Below are positions 27,131-41,100 of a stretch of DNA of 64,000 nt, one piece after another. The DNA is taken from positions 3,877,361-3,941,360 of the forward strand of contig CM074805.1 in assembly GCA_037447605.1 (NCBI GenBank), given 5' to 3'. Under the pieces are notes generated by a model. It saw nothing but the letters and a program-made list of their open reading frames with translations, did not search any database and was not told the origin of the DNA. Position numbers and translations under genes: made by a program. How positions within the stretch are numbered: the first letter of the stretch is position 1; each line of letters begins with the position of its first letter. Origin of the DNA: Zygnema circumcarinatum SAG 698-1b (taxonomy: Eukaryota; Plantae; Zygnematophyceae).

Positions 27131-30100
27131 ATGCCGGACGAGTCAGTGGGCGCTTGGCGCCGAGGACGCTGGCTCGGGGGAGAGGGAGAGGAAATGGACG
27201 CGTGTGATGTTGCGCTAGTTGCAAATACGTTGAATACGGGAGACAAATCGTTGCTTTCTTGTTACGCGGGCAGAGAAGACGACATACTGTGTCCTATTGC
27301 CACGAAAAATGCATTCTCACCGAACGAGGACGAAGTTAGGTCAGTTGGAATGACAACTGTACCATGTCTGTCTGATTAACATCTGTTTATTCTGTCTAGA
27401 CATGACGCTTTTTCAACAGGCTGAAGCAAAGAGGTAATATGTCAGCTCGCTCAGTCCTTACTGTTTAACTCGCTTGACCTTTCGAGCATTTAAAAAACCC
27501 TTTTGTTGTATGTCAATGCTCCGAATCCTCGTAAGTTCTTGAGCAACTTGGATCAACTGGAGATCGCTTGTCTAAAGAAGGATTCACGTTGGGCTGTTCA
27601 CAGGGCCTACAAACTTGGCAGAGGAAAATGTTCTTATAATCAAATTGAACTGCTCCTTTTGGAATCAAACGGCAAGGTCTCGAACTTGCTGGGAATCGCT
27701 GAAGCTGCAGAAGTTGCAGTGGGTGGTGATGTGGACGACAGCCTCTTGGACAGTTCCTTGCGGTACAACCTTCGCTTCAACGATGGTCGTCAGATTAGGC
27801 TATACTTATTTCTGGTTTATGCAGTTCCACATGGACTCACATATGGAAAAGACCAATGTCCAGAGTACCACTGGGTACCAGTCACCAGACATAGGTGTCA
27901 AAGAGGCTGCAAGGGCCCTGTTCTTCGAGGTCTGCAGAGGTTTGGCAAGTTGCCAAAACGAATCGCTGTTTCGCCAGGACCATGCGACGGGGGCTGGAAA
28001 GAGACAAGCAAATTGTATGTTGCAATTGATGAGGCAAGCAACCATGTCCGCCAGGGCTGTGGAACTACACACTTCAGGCTGCTGGTGGCTGCCTATACGG
28101 ACGACCAGGTCCTTCTTGGTAGTGCTGTTTCCCCCAGCATCAAGGTTGTTGCAAACAACGACGTGCCTGGCGGGTCAGCAAACTTCCAAATCCACTGTAA
28201 CATAAGCGGTGGGTCCTTGATCTGCTGGCCTGTATGAGCTGGGACGAATTGCGTGCCACAATCTGACAGGAGCTGTTTTATCTGGAAAATTGATTCTCAA
28301 TTGCGTTAGTGCTTTTCGCTTGCCTTTCTTGTTTGCACTCTAAATTATTTGCATTGCATTGCAAAGAACAGTGCGTGTATATGTCTATTAGTCCATTGCA
28401 CCTCCTTCCCACCCGCCGGAGCAGGAGAAAAGGATGGAGCTGTGGAAGGTGGTACTGTATCAAGGACAATTTTTCCCCACTGCATAAGTTAACAATAGTA
28501 CCGGTCAAGGTCGCAATCTTGTAGATTGCTCCATTTCTTGTTTTCATTTCCGTCATGTCCGTTTTCTGCCATGCAGAGGTGCCGATGAGCACTGCGGCTC
28601 CAAGACAACCTGAACCCTCTTTCGTTCAAAGAAGCACAAAACGAGGTGTACAGTCTGGTATCACAAGTCACAAGATCCTCCAGGTACTTGTCGATGTATA
28701 TTCAATTTTACGACCATTTCTTTGTTTTGACTTGTGCTATCATGGAATTTTCGCGTACCGTCCCCTTCCATGTTGTATGCGGCAGTCATCGTCGTCTGAA
28801 TGTAACTACTGCAAACTATACGATCGGCCTGTTTTTTTCTGCAAACATGGAAACTGCATTAGCATGCACTCACTAGTCATGATAATATACGGAGAATGTT
28901 GTTTGTGTTTGTGTGTTATTGCAGACAGGTAGTGGTGTACAGACTGCGGGAGGGCCATCGTCACACCTGCCATCATCTTTTGTAGCTGCAGCGCAGTCTG
29001 ATTTTACAGCCGCTTCTGCTAAGCCTCTCACAGAAGTGAGGGCAAATGCATCTTTAGATCCAGTCGTGTTCCAAATTGGCGATGTAATAATGGAAAGCTC
29101 AGATAGGCCAAGATTGGTACTTAAAGAGGAACTAGACGACACCAGCCCGAGCTCTTCTCCTTCATCTGAAGACTATTCAGAGTTCTTAAGTGAAGGGACT
29201 TCGTTATCAGAAGAACGAGAGGAGACCTCGTCACAGTCAACAAGATCTATTATCAGCCTTGATGAGGTGAACATTTTGGCAAATTGCTAGTTTACTACTA
29301 GTTAGTACTAATTTTGTTGATCCGGAGTTATGTAACATGAGCATCCTTTTGAAAGCAGAATTTGGCTTTGAGCAATGCTTGGAGCAACGGTTTACTCCCC
29401 ATTATTTATGCTCGATAGTTGTTCGCCTAACCGGCTGGAAGTGGGATTCAAAACAGGATAAGGACCCTTATTGTCGAAAGGACCACTCTTTATCAACTTC
29501 ATGTCAGCGGTATGTGTGGAGGGGAAGTTGTGAAATCGGCCATCAAAATGCTTTGCTCTATACGGTGATGTTCGTTCTTTGATGGCTTTAGGGAGACTAT
29601 TGGAAATGCCTCCTCCTATCTTGGTTTTTTCAGTTTTTGATTTTATTCATATAATTTGGTGCTTGTGCAGCCTTTTTGAAGCCTACGCGGCCAAAAGAGG
29701 AGCGGTCTTTCAACTGGAGAGTCTTGCAGCTTCATTAGGTATTGGCACTGAATCACATTTGTTCCTGAATGACTGAGAAGCATCTTTGTCTGCGTCGCCA
29801 TCTTCTCATCTTAGTTGCTGACAAGACTCGTGCTTTGAGTCAAGTCGTTCAAGCCACTAAGCAAGCCTGTGAGTTATGTGAGGCTTAAACGTGTATGTGA
29901 AATTGAGTGAAATAGGTGTGGTTGTGCGGTTTTTCAGTATTTGATGACTCTGGGAACTGCTTGTGGCTCTTTCTTTTGAGGTGAAGATACTTCAAAACGC
30001 CGCGTCTACGACATAGTCAACGTTCTAGAAAGCATTCAGGTGGTTCGGCGACGAGCAAAAAACGAATATGTCTGGGTTGGACATGGGAGGGTTGCTAAAA

Positions 30101-33100
30101 CTCTTGCAATACTCAAGGTGACATTCTCTAAACGATCATTTATTGAACAATTTCTTGATGCTAAGTATTGTATGCATTGGGTCTTGGCCGTGTGTTCTCC
30201 TCCGAGTGAGTTGAGATTTTTGCGTGGCTTGGCAGTGCCAGTGCTTTGTAAGTTCAGTTGAAATCTTCCATTTCCTGTGAACTGAAGCGATTACTAGTGT
30301 AGGTCGTAAGAGTAGCCATTTCGAAGAACAATGTGGAGGGAGGACGCTGAAAAGCGAAGACTGTTCTTGTTGGGCAGGGAAGGATCACTAGTGCTGCTAC
30401 AACTGGAGGTAGATATGTGGCCGGTTCTGCGACTCTGAGAGGTAAGGCACTGATATCATGCATTTTTGCTCGCTGCAAGTTTAATGATTGTGTGTCGACA
30501 ACTGTGTCGTAGTTTTTCTTAAAGCTGTAACTAGATGCATGGGTTCACGCAGCCTCTGTAAACACTGCTATCTGCTTTGTTTATCTTTCTATTACGGTCC
30601 TCGTTCATCCTTTTGCAGCCAAGGTCTTCTGCTCCATGCTAAGTGGAAGAATAGACTTTTTTCTTATCAGCTACGCTAACCAAATTGGTTACCGCTTCTG
30701 AGTGCTTTGCTGCAGACCCAGGGGATGACAAGTCTTTGCGAGCTTTGAGTGAGAAGTTTGTCCAAATTTTCCTAGTCAATGAGGTAAGGCTGCCTTCTTA
30801 TTCGGTTTGTACTTTCAGATATTTTCAGTTTGCATACTCCAATGACCGGAACTCGAGTTATTTCTGTAGACCACTGACTAATGTATAGAAACCGGATTTT
30901 TCGGTTTGCAGAAAGTTTGCATTGGACAACATTGGCTCCTTTAAACCTGAAAGCGAAATAATAATCCTAATTTTGTAGATGGTGAGGTTTCAGATTCATG
31001 CTTGCGTACTTTTGACAATTGCAGAGTCGACCAATTGCATGGGAATTTGCACTGAAGAATGTGTTGGAGGTTGGAAATCACCAACACAATATGCACCGTG
31101 AGTGAAATTTCCATTCGACACCCTCGTTTAGCACAACACAAAAGCTAATGTTTTCTGTAAACCGGACAGGAAGCTGTCTTGATGAATAAGATATGATAGC
31201 TCCAAGTGCGATACTGACTGCTATGTACATGTTGCTATTGAATGACCGTAGGGAGAGGCCGACGCCTGTACGATGTTGCAAACATTCTGACGTCGATCCA
31301 TTTGTTGGAGAAACGGTCTCAATGCACGTGGTCCAACGCCACCGCCAAATCCTACTTCCGCTTTCGGGGCTCGAAGGGTGTGAAGGATCACCTCATAGCT
31401 GTTGCTTCTTGTGAGTGCCCACATCCTGTGCCTATCTCACCGCTCGAAGCTTCTGTAATGGCTGTAACATGAGGATGCAGCCGTTGGACGAATGAACTCA
31501 CTTTCTTAGACTTACGGGTTTCGTCAGTTTGAAACCATAGATTTGAGGTAATCTAAGGCAGGCTGATCCATAGTTAACACTACTGTGTCTCTGTGTGTTA
31601 TGCCCCTACACATCACATTATTCGTCCTGGTTTCTTCCTCCTCGGAAATTTCATCATCATCCAATTGTATCTCCGTTCAGGTCGAGCATGCCGTTTCATA
31701 CCCCCATGGAAGACCCTTCGAGCGAGGATTTCCAAAACATCCAAAGTGCTCTTCAATCTTAACCAACCCCTTTCCCCGGCGAAAAGGAGCAGAGAGGAGG
31801 AGAACAGCCCCTCCCCAAAAGGCGTGCAAGTCGCCAGAGTGAGGCTCAGTCCTCCGAAAGTTCCGCCCGGCACCTCGTCTTCTGTCACCTTTTCAGAACA
31901 TCACATTGGCAGACTTACCACTACCTCGAGTTCAGGGAAAGAAGAGAGGGACCTTATGGACACAGCGAGTGCAGAGCTAGACTCAAGCAAAAGGACAACG
32001 TCTCGTAAAAGGCTGCCTTTACAGGCAGTGGACAATTTGCCAAGACCTTCAAAAGTGCAGAAAGTAAACACATTCAACAGGTCAGTAACAGGTGGAATTG
32101 CAGAGAAGCCAAGTGAAAAACAAGTCTCAAATTGTTCGAACAGCATCAGGCCGTTGCCCCATTTGGTGCAGGGCACACCACAGTTTTCAACGGGAGAGTT
32201 TGCTGATCAGATTAGGCTTTACCGGTCAGATCGTGCTGAAAGATGGCCTATTGACTCTGTATTGACCGGAGAGCAGAACTTGACACCTGTCAAAGGGAAT
32301 TTGAGCGAATGTACGCCTATGTCTGTGAGGCCGGGGAAGCCGATAAGTAGTCGCCAGGTAATGTTGGCTAAGGTAGAGGAACCTATGGACTGGGAAGCCG
32401 ATAGTTTGAGGATGAAGGCAGCAGTAATTGATGAAAGCAGTGAGAAGGAAAGCGGAGGTAAAGTACAAATCGCCAGATTTGAGTCTCCAGTTACTCCCAC
32501 CTACGCATCGACTGAGAAGGCATCGGGGATTTCGAGGTTTGGCATGTTTGAGGGCAGGTCCGAAGAGAGACCAAAGGAAGGAGAGTCTCGAAGGGAGCAA
32601 CATCTGCGAAATTGTTTTCCAGAATGGCATTCTCCAGAGCGATCAGGAGGGAGGCATGGAAACTCTCCTACTGCTCAGGATGCAGCTGCGACTAGTAACT
32701 ACGTGATGCATAGTCCTGCTACTCCTTCCTTGAGTGTCCTTCGTCCAGGATTTGCAACTGTACAGAACCACAACAGCTCGCCTGAATCTATTACGCCGCA
32801 GTCAAGACCAAGTGGGGTCTATGTGCATAACAAAGTGCTCGTCGACCCATTGAGCTGTCTTCCTTATCTCTTCACATCCGACCAGTTAGCACAAATCCAG
32901 GCCCAAAACCCATGTAAGTTTTACATCTCCACGGTTGGGCTGTTTTGCAGATGTATGTATGTAAATTGGAAACTGAGGCTTAACTCACATATGTTTTACT
33001 GAGTCCAAGATTTGGGGCCTCCTTTAACCTTTGGGATGCTTCCCAGTATAATGCTTAGTTATGGTGAGAAGATTTTGTATGATAGCCTTCTTGATTCTTA

Positions 33101-33768
33101 AAGCTGACAGTCCCCTTCATTGGTGGCCCTGCGCAGCATTTCTTTCTCGTTACGTGGAATGCTCGCGCCTGCTATTGGAGCTCTGTCACAGTCAGGCTTG
33201 TCCGGAAAAGCAACAAAGTGCAGCTGCTGGAAATTCGCAGCTCTTTCATCCCACTCCCCAGTCTCCTCAAAGTGGGTTCTGCCTCGTAGAAGCTTTAACT
33301 CAGCCGAAGGAGAGTCTTCACGCACCTAGTACGACCATCGGTCGCCCTCAAAGCTCGCACTTGCAGGAAGAGGCGGTGCAGGGAGCTGGGGCATCCACGC
33401 AAGCTGCCATCGGGTTTGTGCCATATGTGCCACCCCATAGAGACACAACCTGTACAGTTCGAGAAGTGAAGGACAAGGGCGTGATGTTATCCCCAAGGAA
33501 GCCTGACAAGGGAGATGGTGCCTGTCAGAGTCCTCTAGAGAATGCTTTTGACCTTGCTCTTGTTCATCGGATGGAAGCAACCACGGTGCCAGGAAGAGTT
33601 GGTTTCACTCCCTATCTTTCTCCGTGGAGAGATGCAACTTGCAGCGCTCGTAGAGTTGAAGACGTATGCAGTTTATCTCTCCAAGGAGTGGCAGTGGTGC
33701 CTGCCAAACAAATGGATTCTGGCGGCGAGGGAGATATGGCAACCGCATATTTGTCTCCGCCATCGTAG
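27131..33768 (+). CDS. DEL: Atypical E2F (DEL / E2F7-8-like, two winged-helix DBDs) with an extra N-terminal domain; ~1220 aa if all exons join
   Basis: Proposed exons 27131-27339, 27604-28208, 28577-28645, 28929-29266, 29457-29509, 29671-29738, 29981-30117, 30378-30408, 30716-30783, 31025-31097, 31252-31410, 31681-32913 and 33137-33768, all GT-AG and phase-compatible. DBD1: YCRKDHSL..KRRVYDIVNVLESI..KNEYVWVG. DBD2: DKSLRALSEKFVQIF..GRRLYDVANILTSIHLLEK. The DEL core is confident; the 5' exons and small exons are less so. Confidence 0.8.
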
Positions 33769-35136
33769 TTGGAGAGACACTAGACACCTGTATTTCCAAA
33801 GGAGTTAGGGAGTTAACGTTGGATTAGCTTTGCTCATTTTGCTCACTGGTGGTTAGATTTAGGTCTGGGAGTTGGTAATTACACTCCTTGAGCTCCTTCA
33901 GCATGATCAGGAGCATATTCGGAAACCTGCGGCCCTCTTGTCAAGCTCCAGGAGTGACAAGAAACCAACTTCAGAGGTGTATCAGTTAGTTCTTGTAGAA
34001 CATTAAATCTCAATTCTTTTTGTAAAAAAATCCGTCACTTTCCTTCTTGTTTAAATTCACGTTCCAATGCATGATAAAGAGATCGTTTATTTGCTTGCTA
34101 TGAAATTCGTCCAGTCAGGGTCACCTCGCCCACCAGCCTCAGCGTTGCGTGGGTTCATGGTAGCGACGCTTTGGAGTTTCGAGTTGCGACCTTGGGTCTT
34201 GGGAGACCCACTTGCAGAACGTGGCTCCGATATATTGCGGACATGTCGTTCAACGATCCATATCGATTATCGCCTCGTATCGAGTATACCGATTGTACTG
34301 GAACTCTCTGGAGCAGCCATCCTCCAAACGGAGGTTACGCCTGCCCTGCACTTCTGCTGCATTGCAAAAAGCGCCCAGCGACAGCACTTCAGGAGGGGGG
34401 AACAAGGGATTGGAGCTTCGCGAGAATCAGCAGAGCAGATATTCGTCACAAATGTAGTGCTCTTTCGTCTGCCCGCTGCCTGCGCTACAGAATGAGCTCG
34501 CAACTGCTAAATTCGCAATGCTGATAGTTGAGCCATAGACGACATGAACGAGTATTTAAGTTATAAGGCTGCACATCGATAATCTGAACTCCCTATCGTT
34601 TTTTTTCGTTTGCTACATCGTTTATTCACGTGAAAACGGCCTATCAGTCACGTTCTGGAGAAAATGCAAGCGTACGTTGCTTGACAAAACACCAAATACG
34701 ATAGGAAACCATAAGCGAAAAAAGTGCAGTGAAACGGCAGCGATTAAAAAACGTTTCAGATATTTTTAAAGTACAGAAGCACACATCGGAGTCTGTAATG
34801 CCGTTTTTGGTCAAACAAATGTGAATGGCTTTGGAAATGCTACTGCTAGCCATGGCATGTTTAAGGTGGTGAACTGTTAGTCCGTGCTGGTCAGAGCGAT
34901 AGCGTAGCAAGTACTTGGAAACCAGAACATTCTCAACCTGCAATATTTGTCGTTAGAATTCGTTGAATCCGTCACTTTACAATGCAATCCAATGACATGG
35001 TTCACAGAAGTTCAAAAAATCTCTATATGCTGATTCGTAGGGCATTGTCCGCCTCTTGAAGCAGCAGTTCAACAGAAATGTTTATGCTTGCATTTTCTTA
35101 AAAACTGTGCAAGTGTGTTTTTAACATTTGCAGAGA

Positions 35137-37304
35137 ATGGAGATTGTTAAGCGTGCTTATGCCCGTGTTGGACTTCTGGGAAATCCAAGCGACGGCTATT
35201 TCGGAAAGACTGTCTCATTTTCTCTACAGAACTTCTATGCCGAAGTGAATCTTAGTCCTTCTGATCGCATCTCATTTGTACCCCATCCAGTCCATGATCC
35301 TTCAGAATTTGACTCCCTCGACAGTTTGGTAAGATGGGATTTCTTAGGCTCTAGTTTTATGGTATACAATGTTGCAAAGGGACAAACCTGCATTTCCCAA
35401 GCAAGGTTCCATTTCCCTAAAAGCCTTCACAAAGGCGCATTTCTATGCTAGAATGAAGAAGAGCATAAAGATATCTTTCAGATGCTTGAGTTGGGCTTTC
35501 GGAATCACCTATTGATTGGAGTTTGTCAGTTTTCGAGGACAAGAAAATGTCTTTTTCTGCTAGCAAGTTCCCGAAGAATTGAGCAATTCAGGATTACAAA
35601 CAAAAATTTATAATTGCTATGTACTTAGCTGAACGCATTGTGAAGAGGATCGATATTTGAGCAGTAGGCTGTCTTGGAGCTCAGACAAATCTAGGCTCAT
35701 CGTATTTCCGTAATCTGATATTGTTTTTGTGCGATTTACTTGGCCTTACAGGCTTCTCGCACTAAAGCTGAGGGTTATTATGGGGGTATTCGTCTACTTA
35801 TGGCTATCTGCAGTCGATTTTACACGTATTGCACAGAACATGAAATCCAACTTCCTGCTAAACAAAATTTCAGCCTTTCCTACGACACAAACATACCTCG
35901 TCAGGTACTTCACCTATACTGCTGAAGTAGCGCGCCAAAGGAAACTCGTGGTTTTATGGATTGCAAGAAATGTATTAGATTCTACACCGTGCTTTTCCTT
36001 AGTTATCCTTTATCCTTTTGAACTGCGAAAGCAATAAAATGGAGCTCATTGTTGTTGATACTATGCCACATATGTTCATTTCGTACGTGGGCTGTCTTTA
36101 TGCTTACTGCAGAGAAACCATTAGCCTTTTTTCCATGACTGCAGGCTGGGCTCTCAGGATCGAGTGCAATTGTCTGCGCAGCACTGAATTGCTTGCTGGA
36201 GTACTTTGGCGTGGGAGACTCCATTCCGATGGAGGAGCGGCCAGGCCTCATACTGAGTGCGGAGACTGAGCTCGGTATCACGGCTGGACTGCAAGATCGT
36301 GTAATTCAAGTGTACGGCGGCCTTGTCTTTATGGTTAGTTCTCAAACAGTTATGTTGTTTCACTTATATTCTGTAACATCTGGTCTCAGGAAATGTCGAC
36401 CGCCTGTAGTTTGGTTGAACTGGAGCACCTTCCAGTACATCAAGTCATGGTCAGTATCTCGAACAGGTCGTGTAAAGATTGGTAGTTTTGCCATTAGATA
36501 TGGTAACCATCTATCTGTTTTGACGTGTGTATTTGAAACCATTGTGCCTGAAGGACTTCGATCGGGTTACCATGGAGAAGTCCGGGAGAGGATCGTACGT
36601 GCCTTTGGACCCGAATCTGCTACCAAGGGAGTTGTATTTAGTGTATGCTGTCAACCCTAGTGACTCGGGAAAGGTGAGAAAGAAGCATTCCACAAATATA
36701 CCATTCGAGTGCATGGGCTAACTTATGAGACTTACCTAGAAGGCCAGCATTTTTATCGGCGCCCCCGTTCGTTGCATCTCCTCAAGACGTATCCACTTTC
36801 TTTGGCAGGTCCACAGTACAGTCAGGAAACGATGGCTAGAAGGTGAGCCACATGTCCTTGCATCCATGGACGTAATCGCGAGCTTGGCTGAGAAAGGAAA
36901 GGAGGCCTTAGAGAAGCGCGACTATGCAGCTCTGGCGGCACTCATGGACCGGAACTTCGATTTGCGAAGGTATGTGGCAGTGTACATCTGGTAAACGGTT
37001 GCAACTGATTACTAAAGCAAGGGTCGACAAGCCTTTGCCTCCTTTTTCGTGCGTGGCTTAATGACTGCCGTGGTCCGTCTGCAGAGAGATATTTGGAGAT
37101 GCAGCGCTTGGAGAGGTCAATATTCGCATGGTGGAGGTCCCACGATCTGTTGGAGCGGCTGCAAAGTTTACAGGAAGTGGAGGAGCTGTTATCGCCTTCT
37201 GCCCTGAAGGGGAATCGCAGGTCACAGGACTCAAAAACGCTTGTAGGGAGGCAGGTTTTATTTGCATAAAGGCATCTGTGGCGCCCCCAAACACAATGTC
37301 GTAA
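35137..37304 (+). CDS. GLCAK: Glucuronokinase (GHMP kinase), ~344 aa
   Basis: Exons 35137-35328, 35752-35904, 36145-36333, 36554-36673, 36809-36969 and 37085-37304. Motifs AYARVGLLGNPSDGY, YDTNIPRQAGLSGSSAI, GLQDRVIQVYGG, NPSDSGKVHS and KFTGSGGA. A short upstream exon is possible. Confidence 0.95.
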
Positions 37305-38178
37305 TGATTTGTTCATTCCTGGAGGTGTTGGAGGAGTCGAGGAGACTGTGTAGCTTGATGTCATATGATCTTTGTTTTTGTAAGCCTTGTAAATGTTATC
37401 TCTTTCCGATACAAAAGAATATGCCTTTTCTTTTGCGATATTCCCTGACGTTCTATGCTTCACCACAGTACAATAGCCACGGATGGCCCTTTTTATGGCC
37501 CCATTGGAGAAATCAGGAAAGACTCGTGCTCTCTGCCCTTGCCACGAATTCGAAAGGCTAAGGAAATAAGCAGTCTCAGACAGATGATGAACTGGCACAG
37601 GCACGTGCCTGCGGCCTGAAATGAGTGACGTGGCCGGGAATGGGGAGGATGGATAGAGCTCCAAAACGAGGTGCTTCTGAGGGACTGTGAACTGGATGGT
37701 GTTCAGGTCTAAACAGGCTTCAAGTCAATGCTCCGTGCCCTCGAGCACTGCCTCTGTGCCTCGAGCAACATGCACTTCCAAACTAGATTTTAAGCATTTG
37801 AAAGAATAAAAAATAGTGTGATGTAAGCATACACCTGTATATCATTTGCAAGCAAGAAACTTCGATATTTGGTTCATTTTGTGATTTTTTATTTTTTTTA
37901 CAAAAAAAGATAAAAATGTGAAATTAGTCATGGCAACGACAGCATGAAACAGCCCTCCCGGAAATCCTCCCGCTCCGCATCCACGCAAGTGACACGTGGC
38001 ACGAAGGCTTCCCCCACACGTGTATGGTCTTCGGTCGTAACCTCCGCCATGGCTACCTCTCTCTGCTGCTCGTCGGCGGCCCGTCCTTAAACGGCAACCT
38101 CACTGCTAGGGAAATGTACATTCTCTACTCGTAAGGGTTGACTTTCCTGGTCGAACCTTGAAGGGCTTGCAGGCAGCC

Positions 38179-41100
38179 ATGGCAGGAAGGGTGGCCATGC
38201 TTGGAACGCAGAGGCTGCAGAGGAGGGGGAGGCGGGTAGGAAAGCCGCTTCCTCCCCTGGTATGGGCGTTTCCTGGCAGGAGGGAAGTCAGCGGTGGTGC
38301 TGCCGCAGGGCTTTTGAAGGACGCAGAGAGGGGCCTCGCAGTGGTACACTTTCTACTCCATTAATTTGACCTTTTTTCACTTCGTCTTTTGGATGTTACT
38401 ACAGCAGTCTGGAGGGAATGTATGGGAGTGGGAGGATTATATTCAGAGCTGAACAGAAACTCCTTTTTTTTTTTTGTAAATAGTGAGAAGTTTAATTTGA
38501 AAATTGTAGCCAACTATCAATTTACTCTGCTGAATGTCATCGTGTGTAGGGTTAGGGCTGTTTCGTTGTAGGTCGCTTTGCAATTCGGCTGGCTTCATGA
38601 ATTGGAGAGAGAAAATTGGTTGACTTTGTGCATTGTCAGTTGAAAGAATTGACAACGCAAGTCTCCCGAAAATAACTGTCGAGATTTGCTCCCACGCCTC
38701 TACCCTACTTAAAGGAATTTGCCCCTCCTTTGCCTTCGCTTGAAAAAAAAAAAAGCATCCATTCTAAGTCAGCAAGAGCCGTGAGTGAGAAAGCTAATGT
38801 AGTGTATGCCCGAATGTTATTGTTGTGACCTCAGTGAAGTTCAATCAAATTTCAGTCCATTGTGAGGCGCAGAATTTACCTGTATACAGAGGAGCGAGTG
38901 AGAAAATAACTGTTTCTCACACATGATGTTAATCAATTGCTGAAAACAGACCAGTACAGGTGTTGGGGATGACCGTCAATATCGGCGTATGAACTTGTTT
39001 ACGGCTGTGAACGATGCCTTGAGAATAGCTCTGGAGACAGACCCCAGGTAAGCCCAGGTCAAAGGATGACTCCTTAACCTTCTCAATGTTTAATCAATGA
39101 CGGTTCTATGCAAACCATGTAAAGAAAGCAACAGCAACAACGTGACAACTTTCAGCAGGTTTACGTTTTGCTTACGCCATTTAGCAATCTTCACTCCTTC
39201 CTACTTAACTAGCAATTCTCAGGCTGTGTCCCTTTCTTCAAAAAGTTTTGCAAGCTATTACGGTATTAGCGAAATCGTCTTCTTGACTGCCAGAAATTAG
39301 CTGCAATGCTTATTCACGGTCTGCAGATGATTTGGGAGCGTGGCAGGGCCTTCGTATTCGGGGAAGATGTCAGTTTTGGAGGAGTATTTCGCTGCACCAC
39401 CGGACTGGTGGACCGCTTTGGCCGCCATCGAGTGTTCAACACCCCTTTGAGTGAACAGGTATTGGCCCTCAACGGGAATACAGACATTCTACCTTCATAT
39501 TGATATTGGTCCATATGTACCTTCATATTGATCTTTCCTTCTTTGAAATGCAGGGCATCGTTGGCTTCGGTATCGGCCTGGCTGCCCTGGTGAGCGGCAA
39601 AAAGTCCTCCTTCTTTTAAAGGAACATTTGCTGTCAGCTTTGAAGGTGGCGCAGTCATTCCTATTGGCCTCTGTTGATGCAAAAGCAAGAGCCGACATTC
39701 GGAGTGCTAAAGTATAAAAAAAAAAAGTAAAAAAAAAAAAAAAAGTAAAGTAAAGTAAACTTAAGTATGTCGTGGACGAGACTGCTGCATGGAAGGCAGA
39801 AGTTATCTCTGTTATCAGGTTGAGAACGTGGTGGCTTAAGCAATAGAAGCTGTGCAGGACTGCAGAGCTATCGCCGAAATTCAGTTTGCTGACTACATCT
39901 TCCCAGCGTTTGATCAGGTAAAGTGATTGTCTCTTTGCCTGACAGTGTCATTTGGCTCGTTGGCAATGCTGGCAATATTAGACTTCTCGAATTTCAACAG
40001 CATCGTGCTCGTCGCTTCCTTCCTGTCAGTATCTTACATATGGGCTTCTTGAGCCTTGTGAATTTGCAGCTTGTAAATGAAGCTGCAAAGTATCGATATC
40101 GCAGTGGCAACATGTTCAACTGCGGAGGTAAACTATTATCCGAAACCGGACTCCACTTAAGAGCGGCACCTGTCCCTACTTTCACCTTAGCCTCTTTGCA
40201 GCGATAGTGCGCTCTCCCAAAAGGTGGAAAGTTTGAAGATTTGAATTCTCTGCTGCTTGCTGATGCAGGGCTCACTGTCCGTACACCGTACGGAGCAGTA
40301 GGACATGGCGGGCACTACCATTCCCAATCTCCAGAAGCTTTTTTCTGTCACGTCCCGGGACTCAAGGTAGGCTTACTCTCATTCGAGTGCGCTGATTTGG
40401 AATTTGGGGTTCATTCCTTTGGGCAATGGTGCCTGGAAAACAGCACAAAACTGAAACTGGTCGGTGCATGGAACAGGTGATCGTGCCTCGCAGTCCTGCA
40501 CAGGCGAAGGGGCTCCTTCTGGCAACTATTCGGGACCCAAACCCGGCCATCTTCTTAGAACCTAAGGTGAGTTTCTGGGTGGAGTGAAATACTTCTCAAA
40601 CTGGCCTCTAAAGCTCACTGTAGTTTCTCCTCGTATGGGTGATCGCACATGCATTTGGAAGAGTATCAGTTTGGAATGTGGCTTTCACCTTTGTCTATGT
40701 TTTCATAGTTAAACTCGGAGTAACAAGACTTCAAGTAACGTCCCCTTTTTTTAACTGCTGACGCTTCTCTCCATTGTATATGGGTCCCATGGCAGTGGCT
40801 ATACAGGTTGGCTGTGGAAGATGTTCCATTGGAGGACTACGAGCTGCCACTGAGCCAAGCGGAGGTGAGATATGGAGCAGGAGCCCCCCTTAGTTTATAA
40901 TTCAATTGATAACGGTGGGCCGCATCGACGTATTTGACCTGAACGGGGTTTGCCTCTTCAACATGTCAGTGTTAGTATTCATTTCATCGAATATGGCTGC
41001 AGGGGATGGTGGATGGTGCAGGTTATGAAGGCAGGGAAGGACATAACGTTAGTGGGATGGGGGGCTCAAATCGCGGTCATGGAGAGGGCGTGCCAAGCGG

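Noticed and set aside
34067-34524. ORFs between DEL and glucuronokinase
   Set aside because: No recognisable motifs or consistent splice pattern; probably UTR or intergenic sequence.
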